From NCBI GenBank assembly GCA_031409275.1, contig JANNXA010000036.1, positions 57,839-121,838 on the forward strand: a stretch of 64,000 bases of DNA, written 5' to 3'. The position numbers and the translations under genes are program-made. Shown piece after piece: positions 36,033-45,837 of the stretch. Position 1 is the first letter of the stretch; the number at the start of each line of letters is the position of its first letter. Origin of the DNA: Planctomycetota bacterium (GTDB lineage Bacteria > Planctomycetota > B15-G4 > SIAN01). The notes under the pieces are model-generated. The model was not told where the DNA came from. It saw only the letters and a program-made list of their open reading frames with translations, and made no database searches.

Positions 36033-38639
36033 ATGTTGAGCTCCGCTCGCACGACGCAGCGCTTGCTGTACGCAACCCTAGCCGCCACGGCGCTTGGCGC
36101 TTGCTCTTCGTCGGATGAGTCCACCGTTTCACCGACGGCTGCGACGTCGAGCACCGCGATGCCCGACGCCAGCGTCGGCGCGGCGTCGACGGCCGCAGCG
36201 CCTCAAGCCGGTGCGCAGTCGCTCGCTCAGCAGAAGCAGCAGTTGATGCTGACTTCGGCGATGGACAACGCTCGCGCCCTGCGCGAGAGCGGCGACCTCG
36301 CCGGCGCACGCCGTCAACTCGAACAGGCTCTCTCGATCGAGCCGGGCAACGCCGAAGCGACCGCTCAGTACTTCGAAGTCCTCGAGCTGCTCGGTGAGCG
36401 GCCGGGTGACATCGGCACGGCACGCCAGCAAGCCGAGGATCGCTCCGCAGTCTCCAAGCAGCAGTTGAAGCTCGAGGCGGAGGAGTACCACCGGGTCGGT
36501 CAGGATGCTCGCAGCCGGCGCGAGTTCGACAGCGCGATCCGCTGGTTCGAACGCGTCCAGCAGTCGATCCGCTGGTCGACGCTCGACGTCGAATGGGGCG
36601 ACCTCGCCACTCGCAACGACGAGGCGCTCGCTGCGGCTCGTCGTGAACGTGACGAGGCGATCCAGAGCGACCGTGAAACGAAGCTGAAGGAAGCGGTCCA
36701 GCAGATCCGCGGCGATGAAGAGGCTGAGCGCGCGCGCCACATGAACCGCGTCGCGGGCCTCCTCGAGAGCGCGAACTACAAGTTCGAAGCCGCGGACTAC
36801 GTCGGCGCGATGGAACTGTGCGATCAGGTCCTCACCATCGAGCCGAGCAACACGACGGCTCATGAGCTCAAGCGTGAAGCGAACTCCGGCCGACGCTCCA
36901 AGCGCAGCGCCGAGTTCGCCAAGCACCGCAGCGAAGCATTCCGCAAGTTCAAGTCGGACATCGAAGAGCTGCGCATCCCGTTTTCCGACGGGCTGACCGC
37001 GGCCGATCCTGACTACTGGGCTCGTGTCACGGCGCGCACGGCCACTGGGGCCGGTGGCGCCGACGCCGCCGCGGTCGAAGATCAGCGAATCAAGGAACAG
37101 CTCAAGTCGGTGCGAGTGCCGATCGTCGATTTCACCGACGCGGACCTCGACGCCGTCTGCACGCAGCTCTCCAACTGGTCGGGTCTCACGATTCGGGCGA
37201 CCGAGACGGTTCGCTCGGAGGTCGAGTCGAACTCGACCCTGATCCAGCTCACCAACCTCACCAACCTCTCGCTCGACTCGCTGCTGACCATCGTCACCAA
37301 GCGCCTCGGCGAGAAGTTCGCGTGGACGGTGACCAACGGCATCGTCCAGATCACGACGCTCGAGGACGCGTTCGGCGCGACCAAGATCCGGACCCACGCG
37401 ATCCAGGACCTCACCTTCGGCCGGACCGACTTCAAGGGGCCGGAGATCAACAAGATCGCGTTGCCCGGCGAATACGGTGACGACGCCGAGACCTCGGTCT
37501 TCGCGGCCGACCTCGACAAGGTCATCCAGATCACGCCAGAAGACATCGTCACGTTGGTGAAGGAGAACGTGGCGCGCGAGACCTGGGAGCTCGGCGACAA
37601 GAAGTTCTCGATCGAACCCGCCGCCAGCAATCAGATCCTCGTGATCCACACCGCCGAGGTGCAGGACGAGATCGAAGCGTTCCTGAACGACCTGCGTCGC
37701 TTCACGACCACCGTCGTCCAGATCGAGAGCCGCTTCGTCGAGGTCACCGACGCCTTCATCCAGGAAATGGGTGCGGACTTCCGCGGCCTCGGTGGCGTCT
37801 TCGGCTCGAGCGTCACCCTCGATGACACGACGTCGGCGGGCGAGGACATCGCCAGCCGCGGCCTCGACAACCTCGGCACCGGGTCGACCGGCAGCTCGGC
37901 GCCCAGCGCCGGCATCTTCTTCAATGACAACTCGGACGGCGACATCCGCGGCCGCACCGAGAACTACTTCGACTCGCCGCTCGGCTCGATCCTCTCCACC
38001 ACCGGTGGCGGCTCGTTCCAGTTCGGCCTGCTCGATGACACGCAGTTCAACCTCGTCGTGACCGCCGTCGACAAGTCGGTGAACGCCGTCGAGGTGATGG
38101 CCCCCGAACTCACCGTCTTCAACACCGAGCGCGCCTACGTCACGGTGCTGAACGAGGTCTCCTTCCTCCAGGACTTCGACGTCGACGTCGCGAACACCGC
38201 GTTCATCGCCAACCCCGAGATCGGCATCCTCCAGGAAGGCGTGGTCCTCGACGTGCGCCCGACGATCTCCTACGACCGCAAGTACGTCACCCTCGACGTG
38301 CGCACGACGGTCGCCACGATCCAGCGCCCGATCGACACCTTCGAAACGACGCTGGGCGGCTTCTCGGACGCAGTCACGTTCCAGCTCCCGCGACTTGAAG
38401 TGCAGAACGCCAACACGACGGTCATCGTGCCCGACGGCGGCGCCGTGATCCTAGGCGGGCTCAAGACCTTGAACTACGTGAACCGCCGCGCGGAAGTGCC
38501 GTGGGTCTCGCGGATTCCTCTGCTCGGCTTCTTCTTCCGCCAGAAGGGCGTGGCGGACGAGTCGAAGAGCCTGGTCATCTTGGTCAAGGCGAACATCAAG
38601 GACCTGAGCCGCTTCCGCGAGGACGCTCCAGTCCGCTGA
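36033..38639 (+). CDS. Lipoprotein secretin 2, full-length paralog of secretin 1
   Basis: Start ATG 36033 after GGAG; lipobox LGAC; VQIESRFV, APELTVFNTERA, LDVRPTIS, TVIVPDGGAVILGG, VPWVSRIPLLGFFF. Confidence 0.9.
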   Translation: MLSSARTTQRLLYATLAATALGACSSSDESTVSPTAATSSTAMPDASVGAASTAAAPQAGAQSLAQQKQQLMLTSAMDNARALRESGDLAGARRQLEQALSIEPGNAEATAQYFEVLELLGERPGDIGTARQQAEDRSAVSKQQLKLEAEEYHRVGQDARSRREFDSAIRWFERVQQSIRWSTLDVEWGDLATRNDEALAAARRERDEAIQSDRETKLKEAVQQIRGDEEAERARHMNRVAGLLESANYKFEAADYVGAMELCDQVLTIEPSNTTAHELKREANSGRRSKRSAEFAKHRSEAFRKFKSDIEELRIPFSDGLTAADPDYWARVTARTATGAGGADAAAVEDQRIKEQLKSVRVPIVDFTDADLDAVCTQLSNWSGLTIRATETVRSEVESNSTLIQLTNLTNLSLDSLLTIVTKRLGEKFAWTVTNGIVQITTLEDAFGATKIRTHAIQDLTFGRTDFKGPEINKIALPGEYGDDAETSVFAADLDKVIQITPEDIVTLVKENVARETWELGDKKFSIEPAASNQILVIHTAEVQDEIEAFLNDLRRFTTTVVQIESRFVEVTDAFIQEMGADFRGLGGVFGSSVTLDDTTSAGEDIASRGLDNLGTGSTGSSAPSAGIFFNDNSDGDIRGRTENYFDSPLGSILSTTGGGSFQFGLLDDTQFNLVVTAVDKSVNAVEVMAPELTVFNTERAYVTVLNEVSFLQDFDVDVANTAFIANPEIGILQEGVVLDVRPTISYDRKYVTLDVRTTVATIQRPIDTFETTLGGFSDAVTFQLPRLEVQNANTTVIVPDGGAVILGGLKTLNYVNRRAEVPWVSRIPLLGFFFRQKGVADESKSLVILVKANIKDLSRFREDAPVR

Positions 38640-38680
38640 TCGCAGTCGCGAGCTGACCGCTCGCACCAGACGCAGTATCC

Positions 38681-38720
38681 TCGGGCCCGCGACGTTCGAC
38701 GTCGCGGGCCCGATTTGTTT
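38681..38720 (+). terminator. Intrinsic terminator after secretin 2
   Basis: TCGGGCCCGCGACGT-TCG-ACGTCGCGGGCCCGA followed by TTTGTTT. Confidence 0.85.
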
Positions 38721-38764
38721 CGGCCCGCCTCTCTCCTCGCCAAAACGCCTTGAGGAGCCGCCGC

Positions 38765-39505
38765 ATGGCGATGCAGCTCCAAGCCATCCTCTTCGATCTC
38801 GACGACACGCTCTTTTCGACCTCGGACTTCGCGCAGCGCGCGCGCCGCAACGCCATCCGCACGATGATTGCGCACGGACTGCGCATGGACGAAGAGGCGG
38901 CCTACCGCGAGCTCGGCGAGGTGATCGCCGAGTTCAGCTCCAACTACTCGAACCACTTCGACAAGCTGCTCTCGCGTCTGCCGCGCGAACGCTGCTGGCC
39001 CGATCTCAATCCGGCGATCCTGGTCGCCGCGGGCGTCATCGGCTACCACGAGACCAAGTCGCTCGAGCTGCGTCCGTTCGAGGACGTCCTGCGCGTGCTG
39101 CGCAGCCTGTCGCGCACGCCGCTGATCCTCGGCGTTGTCTCCGCCGGCCTGCAGATCAAGCAATGCGAGAAGCTGATCCGACTCGGCCTCTACCGCTACT
39201 TCCGAACCGACGCGATCTTCATCTCCGACCAGATCGGCATCGGCAAGCCGAACCCGAAGCTCTGGACGACGGCCTGCGCCGCGTTGAAGGTCGACCCGCA
39301 ACACGTCATGTACGTCGGCGACAACCCGCAACAAGACATCGATCCGTGCAACTCGCTCGGCATGGTGACGGTGCGAAGCCGCCGCATCACGCGCCACAAG
39401 GACGCCGCGGGCGCCACGACTCCGCGTTACGAGATCCAATCCTTCGACGAGCTGCGGCCGATCCTCGAACGCGACTTCGGCATCACGCTGCCGGAGATCG
39501 CCTGA
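38765..39505 (+). CDS. HAD-IA hydrolase (resembles the TIGR02253 subfamily)
   Basis: FDLDDTL, ARRNAI, SNYSNHFD, QIKQCEKLIRLGL, GKPNP, VGDN...D; GAGGAG RBS. Confidence 0.85.
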   Translation: MAMQLQAILFDLDDTLFSTSDFAQRARRNAIRTMIAHGLRMDEEAAYRELGEVIAEFSSNYSNHFDKLLSRLPRERCWPDLNPAILVAAGVIGYHETKSLELRPFEDVLRVLRSLSRTPLILGVVSAGLQIKQCEKLIRLGLYRYFRTDAIFISDQIGIGKPNPKLWTTACAALKVDPQHVMYVGDNPQQDIDPCNSLGMVTVRSRRITRHKDAAGATTPRYEIQSFDELRPILERDFGITLPEIA

Positions 39506-39592
39506 CCGCGCGGGCGCGGCGCGCCGAGGAGAGACGGCGCCGTCCTGGATCAGGCGACCGAAGCGGACGACGATGAAGCGCCGCCGATCGGC

Positions 39593-39994
39593 TCACTCGC
39601 CGCGCGTCTCGCACGGCAGCTCGCTGATCGAGCGACGTCCCGCGGCCCCCGACTCGATCGGGTGCCACCACTCGACCTTGCTCTCGCCTTTGCGCCAGCA
39701 AAGGTAGATCGCTCGGTCACCGGAGCGGGCCGGGAAGTCGATCAACCCGGTCATCGGGTCCTTCACCTCGATGCCCAAGGACGTCAGTTCCTGGGCGTAT
39801 CGTTCGAGCTCGCGCTCCGTCTCGAGCAACTCGCGCTCGATCGTCTCGAGTTCCTCGTGGCGAGCCGTCTTCTTGGCAAGTGCCAGCCGCCGCAACTCCT
39901 GCGCGCGGGCCACGACGTCGTCCACGATGCGCGCGACCAGAGGCAGTGCCTTGTTCGCGCGCGCGACGGTGTAGAGACGGCAAGGCTCGTTCAT
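39593..39994 (-). CDS. DUF2203-family protein
   Basis: Start ATG 39994; YTVARANKALPLV, KDPMTGLIDFP, YLCWRKGE, WWHPIESGAAGRR. Confidence 0.85.
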   Translation of the reverse strand: MNEPCRLYTVARANKALPLVARIVDDVVARAQELRRLALAKKTARHEELETIERELLETERELERYAQELTSLGIEVKDPMTGLIDFPARSGDRAIYLCWRKGESKVEWWHPIESGAAGRRSISELPCETRGE

Positions 39995-40073
39995 CGTGGG
40001 GGGATCCTGACGAGGTCGGCGAACAGTAGCACCGACCGGCGCAACTCCTGCCAGGGGGTGGTCCTTCGCGGGA

Positions 40074-41033
40074 TCACTCGACGCAGCGATAGCGGTGATC
40101 CGCCCCCGCTTCGCGCTCCGGTGGCGGGTCGCGTCGGCACTCGACACGCGCCACCGGGCAGCGGGGATGGAACGCGCAGCCGGTCGGCCGCGCGAAGGGC
40201 GACGGCGGTTCGCCTCGCAGCGCGATCCCGAGCGCCGCGCGCTCGCCGCTGGCGGGCCATTCCGCGGCGGCGAACAGCGCTTGCGTGAACGGGTGACGCG
40301 GCCGCGCGAGCAGAGCGTCCGTCGGCCCGATCTCGACGATCTGGCCAAGGTGCATCACGGCGAGCCGATCGCTCACCGCGGCGACGAGCGCCACGTCATG
40401 CGAGATGAACAGGGTGCTCATCCGGCGACGCTCGCGCAGGTCGAGCAGCAGGTTGACGACCTGCGCCTGCACCGATCGGTCGAGTGCCGCGACCGGCTCG
40501 TCGAGCAGCAGCAGCTTCGGCTCGACCGCCAGCGCCCGCGCGAGGCCGATCCGTTGGCGCTGCCCGCCGGAGAACTCATGCGGCCAGCGATCCGCCGCCG
40601 CGGCCGGCAATCCGACCTGCTCGAGCAACTTCGCCACCCGCTCGGCGCGCTCTCTTCCATGCGCGAGTCCGTGGATGTCGATTCCCTCCGCCACCGCGTC
40701 GCCGACGCGTTGACGCGGATCGAGGCTCGCCTGCGCATCCTGGAAGACGAGCTGCATTCCGCGACACGCGCGGTCCCGCGCCGCGCCGCACGCGCCGATC
40801 CGATCGACCCCTTCGAACTCGACGACCCCGCGCACCACCGGCACGAGTCCGACGAGCGCACGCGCCAGCGTCGACTTGCCGCAACCCGACTCCCCCACCA
40901 GCCCGAGCGTCTCGCCGGCCCCCACCTCGAATCCGATCCCATCGAGTGCGCGCATGCGCTTGCGCGCGAAGAGGCCTCCCGGCTCCCCGTATTCGACGAC
41001 CAGATCACGCACCGACAGGAGCGGCGCGTTCAT
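40074..41033 (-). CDS. oppF: Oligopeptide/dipeptide ABC ATPase
   Basis: GESGCGKST, FSGGQRQRIG, LLDEP, HPFT, GCAFHPRCP. Confidence 0.88.
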   Translation of the reverse strand: MNAPLLSVRDLVVEYGEPGGLFARKRMRALDGIGFEVGAGETLGLVGESGCGKSTLARALVGLVPVVRGVVEFEGVDRIGACGAARDRACRGMQLVFQDAQASLDPRQRVGDAVAEGIDIHGLAHGRERAERVAKLLEQVGLPAAAADRWPHEFSGGQRQRIGLARALAVEPKLLLLDEPVAALDRSVQAQVVNLLLDLRERRRMSTLFISHDVALVAAVSDRLAVMHLGQIVEIGPTDALLARPRHPFTQALFAAAEWPASGERAALGIALRGEPPSPFARPTGCAFHPRCPVARVECRRDPPPEREAGADHRYRCVE

Positions 41034-42028
41034 GACGGCCGCCCCGCTTGCGATTTCGAAGCGACGACCGGGCACGCCAGAGCGAACCCATCACCCATCT
41101 CGACCAGTGGCGGCTCGACGCGGCCGCACGCGCTCTCCGCCACGGCGCAGCGCGGATGGAACGGGCAGCCGGGCGGAACGTCGCCGAGGCTGACCGGCGC
41201 ACCGCCGATCGCGGCCAGCCGCTCCCCGCGCGCCAGCCGAATCCCGCGCGGCCGCGCCGCGAGCAACGCCTTCGAGTACGGGTGACGCGGTGCCTCGAGC
41301 AGCGGTGCCGCCGGCCCGCGCTCGATCAGGCGCCCGGCGTACATCACGGCCACCTCATCGCAGCGCTGCGCCACCATGGCCAGGTCATGCGAAATGAGGA
41401 GGACCGCCATTCCCGACTCTTGCCGCAGGTCGTCGATGAGGTCGAGCACCTGTCCTTGCAGCGTGGAGTCGAGCGCCGAGGTCGGCTCGTCGGCGATCAG
41501 CAGCGCCGGCGCCAACGCCACCGCCATCGCGACACCGACCCGCTGCCGCATCCCGAGCGACAGCTGGTGCGGCCGCGCTCGCGCCCGCAGCTGCGGCTCG
41601 GAAAGGCCGACTTTCGCCAGCAGCTCGACGGCGCGCGCATGCGCCGCGCTGCGCGAAAGCCCGGCATGGACGATCAACCCTTCCGCGATCTGGTCGCCCA
41701 CCGCGAACAGCGGATCAAGAGCGGCCGATGGTTCCTGCTCGATCCACGCCACCTCGCGACCACGCCATCGGCGCAGCTCCGATGGCGACCAGGTCGCCAT
41801 GTCGCGTCCGCACCAACGCACTCCGCCGCTCGCCACGCGTGCGGCGAGCGGCAGCGACTGCATCAACGCCGCCGCCAACGTCGACTTGCCGCAACCCGAT
41901 TCGCCGACCAGTCCGAGCGCGCGGCCCGCGGTCAACGTGAACGAGACCTCCGTGACCGCCGGATGGAAGCGGCCCCCCCTCGGGAACTCGACGCGCAATC
42001 GGTCGACCTCGAGCAGCGGCTCGTTCAT
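41030..42028 (-). CDS. oppD: Oligopeptide/dipeptide ABC ATPase
   Basis: GESGCGKST, PHQLSLGMRQRV, IADEPT, HPYS, GCPFHPRC. Confidence 0.88.
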   Translation of the reverse strand: MNEPLLEVDRLRVEFPRGGRFHPAVTEVSFTLTAGRALGLVGESGCGKSTLAAALMQSLPLAARVASGGVRWCGRDMATWSPSELRRWRGREVAWIEQEPSAALDPLFAVGDQIAEGLIVHAGLSRSAAHARAVELLAKVGLSEPQLRARARPHQLSLGMRQRVGVAMAVALAPALLIADEPTSALDSTLQGQVLDLIDDLRQESGMAVLLISHDLAMVAQRCDEVAVMYAGRLIERGPAAPLLEAPRHPYSKALLAARPRGIRLARGERLAAIGGAPVSLGDVPPGCPFHPRCAVAESACGRVEPPLVEMGDGFALACPVVASKSQAGRPS

Positions 42029-43122
42029 CGTGCGCGCTCCGCTGCCGCCAACGCCGCCGCTTCGGGCGCCACCGCCTCGCGCAGCCGCTCGCCCCACGCA
42101 TGGAAGGCGAGCACGATCGCCACCATCGCCAGCGATGGCACCAAGGCCAGCCAGGCGCTGCCGCGCGCGAGTTGCCGCTGCCCATCGGCCAGCAACGTCC
42201 CGAGCGACGCGGCCGGCTCGGGAATCCCGTAACCGAGCCACGACAGCGCGAACTCGGCAAGCAGCGCGCTCGCCACTGCGAACGTGGTGGCCGGCCAGAC
42301 GGGTGCCAGCGCGTTGGGCAACAGGTGGCGCCAGGCGATCCGCCAACGCGAAGCGCCGAGCGCGCGCGACGAGAGCACGAACTCCTCCTCCGAGAGGCGC
42401 AGGAACTCGCCCCGAACGAGGCGCGCGATCGCGGTCCACCCCACCAGTCCCAGCAGGCCGATCAGCGTCGCGCGTCCGCGCGGCAGGAAGGTGAAGACGA
42501 CCAGCACGAGGAACAAGTACGGAAAGCAGAGCACCACTTCGACGACGCGCATGAGGAGGAAGTCGACCGGGCCACGCAGCGTGCCGCAGGCGACTCCGAC
42601 GAGAAGACCGATGAGCACGGCGATCGCGGCCGCGGCCGCACCAATCTCGAGCGACGACCGCATTCCATGCAGCAGACGAGCGAGGAGGTCGCGGCCGGCC
42701 GAGTCGGTGCCAAGCCAGTGGCGCATCGATGGCGGCGCGGGGAGGCTCACCTCGGGCCGCGCCAGCAACTCCCAGTCGGAGCGGTCGGGGTCGTGGGGAA
42801 CGGGCGCTGCCAGCGTGAAGCGAGCCGAAGTCGGCAGCGGCAACGCGGCATCGTCGGCTGCGATCAGCGCGCCGAGGCACGCCAACGCGCCGACCACCGC
42901 GACGCGCGACGCGCGGCCGCGTGCGTGCAAGAGCGCGTCGCCCGCAACCACGGCGAGCCAGAAGAGCGCTTGACCGGTCGCCGCCCCGGTCGCCGGCGAA
43001 GAGAGGCGGCCGTCCGCAAGCTGCAGCAACGGAAGCGCGCTGCAGAGCCACGGCGTCAGCGCCGCCACCCACACCAACGCGCGCACCGGCCACGCGCCGC
43101 GCATCAGCTGGCGCGCACTCAT
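42025..43122 (-). CDS. oppC: Peptide ABC permease
   Basis: HWLGTDSAGRD, ARLVRGEFL, EFVLSSRALGA, HLLPN, LSWLGYG. Confidence 0.88.
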   Translation of the reverse strand: MSARQLMRGAWPVRALVWVAALTPWLCSALPLLQLADGRLSSPATGAATGQALFWLAVVAGDALLHARGRASRVAVVGALACLGALIAADDAALPLPTSARFTLAAPVPHDPDRSDWELLARPEVSLPAPPSMRHWLGTDSAGRDLLARLLHGMRSSLEIGAAAAAIAVLIGLLVGVACGTLRGPVDFLLMRVVEVVLCFPYLFLVLVVFTFLPRGRATLIGLLGLVGWTAIARLVRGEFLRLSEEEFVLSSRALGASRWRIAWRHLLPNALAPVWPATTFAVASALLAEFALSWLGYGIPEPAASLGTLLADGQRQLARGSAWLALVPSLAMVAIVLAFHAWGERLREAVAPEAAALAAAERAR

Positions 43123-44102
43123 TCGAGGACCTCGCCGCGGCGAAGCCAGGCGTGGAGCACATCGGCCACCACGAACCCGATCAACGTCGCCGTCGCCACC
43201 AGCACCGACAGCGCCATCACCGTCGGATAGTCGCGCGCCGCAATCGATTCCAAGGCCAGGCGGCCGAGTCCCGGCAACGAGAAGAGCGTCTCCACGGCGA
43301 CGCTGCCCCCGACCAGCCACGGAAAGAGACCGCCGAGCAGCGCCACCAGCGGCAGGATGCCGCTCTTCAGGGCGTGCAGGTAGAGGACGCGCCATTCGGG
43401 CAGTCCGCGCGCTCGCGCGGCGCGGATCCACGGCCGCTGCAGCGTCTCGAGCACGCCGGCACGCGTGTAGCGGGCGATGCCGGTGACGCCGGCCAACGTC
43501 AGGCAGGCGATCGGCAGCGCGAGGTGGCGCGCCCGATCGAGAGCCCGCGCGAAGAACGCAGTCGCCTCCGCTCCCGGCGTCTCCAGGCCGCTGAGCGGCA
43601 GGATCGCCAGCGGACCGCGCGCGAACAGGACGATCAGCAGCGCCCCGATCACGACCGTTGGCATCGCTTGCAGCACGAAGAGCGCACCGGCCACGAACCG
43701 CTCGCGCCGCGTCCCGGCACGCACCGCCGCCCATACGCCAAGCGGGATGCCGACGAGGTAGAGCAGCAGCGCCGCGCTTCCTTGCAGGAGCAACGACACC
43801 TGTGCGGCAGCGCCGATCTTCGCCGCCACCGGCTGCCGATCGGTGCTGAGCGACACCCCGAAGTCGAAACGCAGCGATCGCCCGAGCCACTCGACGTACT
43901 GCTCGTGCAATGGGCGATCGAATCCGAGCAGCTTCGCGGTCGCCTCGATCTGCTCGCGCGTGGCCGCGCGCCCTTCTTGCGGATCGAGCAGGTCGGAGAG
44001 CGGCCCGCCCGGGGCGAGTCGCGACAGCGCGAACGTCACCAAGGTGATCCCGAACAGGGTCGGGAGGCACCACAGCAGCCGGCGCAGGAGGAAGCGGGTC
44101 AC
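43119..44102 (-). CDS. oppB: Peptide ABC permease
   Basis: FLLRRLL, APGGP, DFGVS, HLALP, ARARGL, VETLFSLPGLG, RDYP. Confidence 0.92.
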   Translation of the reverse strand: MTRFLLRRLLWCLPTLFGITLVTFALSRLAPGGPLSDLLDPQEGRAATREQIEATAKLLGFDRPLHEQYVEWLGRSLRFDFGVSLSTDRQPVAAKIGAAAQVSLLLQGSAALLLYLVGIPLGVWAAVRAGTRRERFVAGALFVLQAMPTVVIGALLIVLFARGPLAILPLSGLETPGAEATAFFARALDRARHLALPIACLTLAGVTGIARYTRAGVLETLQRPWIRAARARGLPEWRVLYLHALKSGILPLVALLGGLFPWLVGGSVAVETLFSLPGLGRLALESIAARDYPTVMALSVLVATATLIGFVVADVLHAWLRRGEVLE

Positions 44103-44115
44103 CGCAAGGCGCCGT

Positions 44116-45837
44116 TCACGGCGCCTGCCACCAGTCGAACCAGCGCGCGCCGAGGCGGCGAACCTTCACGTGGCGCAGCTTGGTCGACACCAGCACCAGC
44201 GATTGCGGGTTGTAGAGCGGCGTGACCGGCTGCAGTTCGGCGATGCGGCGATGGAGCTCATGGGCCAGATCGATCCGCTCCTCGCGCTCGAACGTGGCGC
44301 GGTACTGCTCGAGCAGCTCGTCGCAGCGCGCGTCGTCCAGGCCGCCGTAGTTGGCCCCTTCGACGATGGCGCTCGAATGGAAGCGGTCGTACAGGTCATC
44401 GTCGCGCGGATCGCCGACCCAGCTCAGCTGTCCGGCGTCGAAGGCGCGGTCATGCAGGTCCTTGAACAGCTGCCGAGGATCAACGGGGAGCAGCTCCACC
44501 TCGATCCCGGCCAGCTTCAGCTGCTCCTGGAACCAGACGTTGCCGGTGGCGATCGCCGGGACCGGCGTGCGCGGATGCTTCAGCGCGAAGTGGAACTTCT
44601 GGCCGTCGCGATCGCGCCAGCCGTCGCCGTCATGGTCGATCCACCCCGCGTCGTCGAGCAGCGCCTTGGCCGCGATCGGATCGAACGGGAGCGGCGCGAC
44701 GGTCGCGTCATATTCCGGCGCAGCGACCGAGCCCAACGTGGAGAGCACAGCGGCATGGCCGAGGTAGACCTTCTCCTTCACCAGCTCGCGCGGATAGAGC
44801 AGCGTCATCGCCCGCCGAACGCGCGCATCCTGAAAGGCCGGGTGCGCCTGGTTCCAGACGATGTAGAGCCACTGCGCGAGGTAGTACTCGTGGAACGTCG
44901 CTCGTTCCGCGAGAGCCGGATCGCGCTTCATCTCCTCCCACTTCTGGCAATCGTTGACCGGGCAGATCGACAGCTCGCCGCGCTCGAACAGGAGCGGCGT
45001 CTGCGAGGTGTCGGCGATGAAGCGCATGCGCAGGCGATCGAAGTGGTAGGGCAACGTCTCCTTCGCGAACCAGTCGGGATTCTTCTCGAGCTCGAGGTAC
45101 TCGCCGCTCTTCCAGCTCGCGAAACGGTAGGGCCCGTAGCCGACCGGCGCGCGCCCCAACGGATCCTCGTTGAAGGCGGCGGCGTCTTGAGCGCCGAGAT
45201 GCGCGGGCATCAGCCGAAAGTTGTAGCCGAACTCGAGTTCGACGCGGAAGTAGGGCGCCTTGGCGACCACTTCGAAGGTGTAGCGATCGAGCGCGCGCAC
45301 CGCCTCGATCGGTCCGAGCGAAGCGCGCACGCGCTCGGCGCGGACGGCGGGATCGGCGATCATCTTCCACGAGTAGAGGACATCGGCGGTCGTCACTTCG
45401 ACCGGCCCCGCCGCATCGCCTCGATGCCAGTAGATCCCGGGCCGCAGCTTCCAGGTGTAGGTGCGCCGATCTGCGGCGAGCGTCGGTCGCTGCGCGGCGA
45501 CGAGCGGCACCAGTTCGAGCGTGTCCGCGTCGATGTCGAGCAGCGGCGGGAAGAGGTAGAGGCGGCAGAGCACCTCTTCCGAGTTCATCGTGCGCAAGAC
45601 GTTGTTCAGCGTGCCGTACTCGGCCGTGATCCACTGCACGATGGTGCCGCCGGGCTGCGGCTTCCCCTCCTGCGACAGACTCGCGCGACCCGCGTCGGAA
45701 AGCGCCAACGAGACCGGCAGAGCCTCCCCGGGCGCGGTCGCGACTCCGGCGACGCGCTCGCCCGCTTCGTCGCCGCAGCCGGCAAGGGTGAACGCGAGCA
45801 AGCCGGCAACCGCACGACGCCCCGCGCGGGTGGTCAT
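44116..45837 (-). CDS. oppA: Peptide ABC substrate-binding lipoprotein (family 5)
   Basis: Start ATG 45837; lipobox LAGC; YTWKLRPGIYW, PVGYGPY, DARVRRAM, AKALLDDAGW. Confidence 0.88.
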   Translation of the reverse strand: MTTRAGRRAVAGLLAFTLAGCGDEAGERVAGVATAPGEALPVSLALSDAGRASLSQEGKPQPGGTIVQWITAEYGTLNNVLRTMNSEEVLCRLYLFPPLLDIDADTLELVPLVAAQRPTLAADRRTYTWKLRPGIYWHRGDAAGPVEVTTADVLYSWKMIADPAVRAERVRASLGPIEAVRALDRYTFEVVAKAPYFRVELEFGYNFRLMPAHLGAQDAAAFNEDPLGRAPVGYGPYRFASWKSGEYLELEKNPDWFAKETLPYHFDRLRMRFIADTSQTPLLFERGELSICPVNDCQKWEEMKRDPALAERATFHEYYLAQWLYIVWNQAHPAFQDARVRRAMTLLYPRELVKEKVYLGHAAVLSTLGSVAAPEYDATVAPLPFDPIAAKALLDDAGWIDHDGDGWRDRDGQKFHFALKHPRTPVPAIATGNVWFQEQLKLAGIEVELLPVDPRQLFKDLHDRAFDAGQLSWVGDPRDDDLYDRFHSSAIVEGANYGGLDDARCDELLEQYRATFEREERIDLAHELHRRIAELQPVTPLYNPQSLVLVSTKLRHVKVRRLGARWFDWWQAP

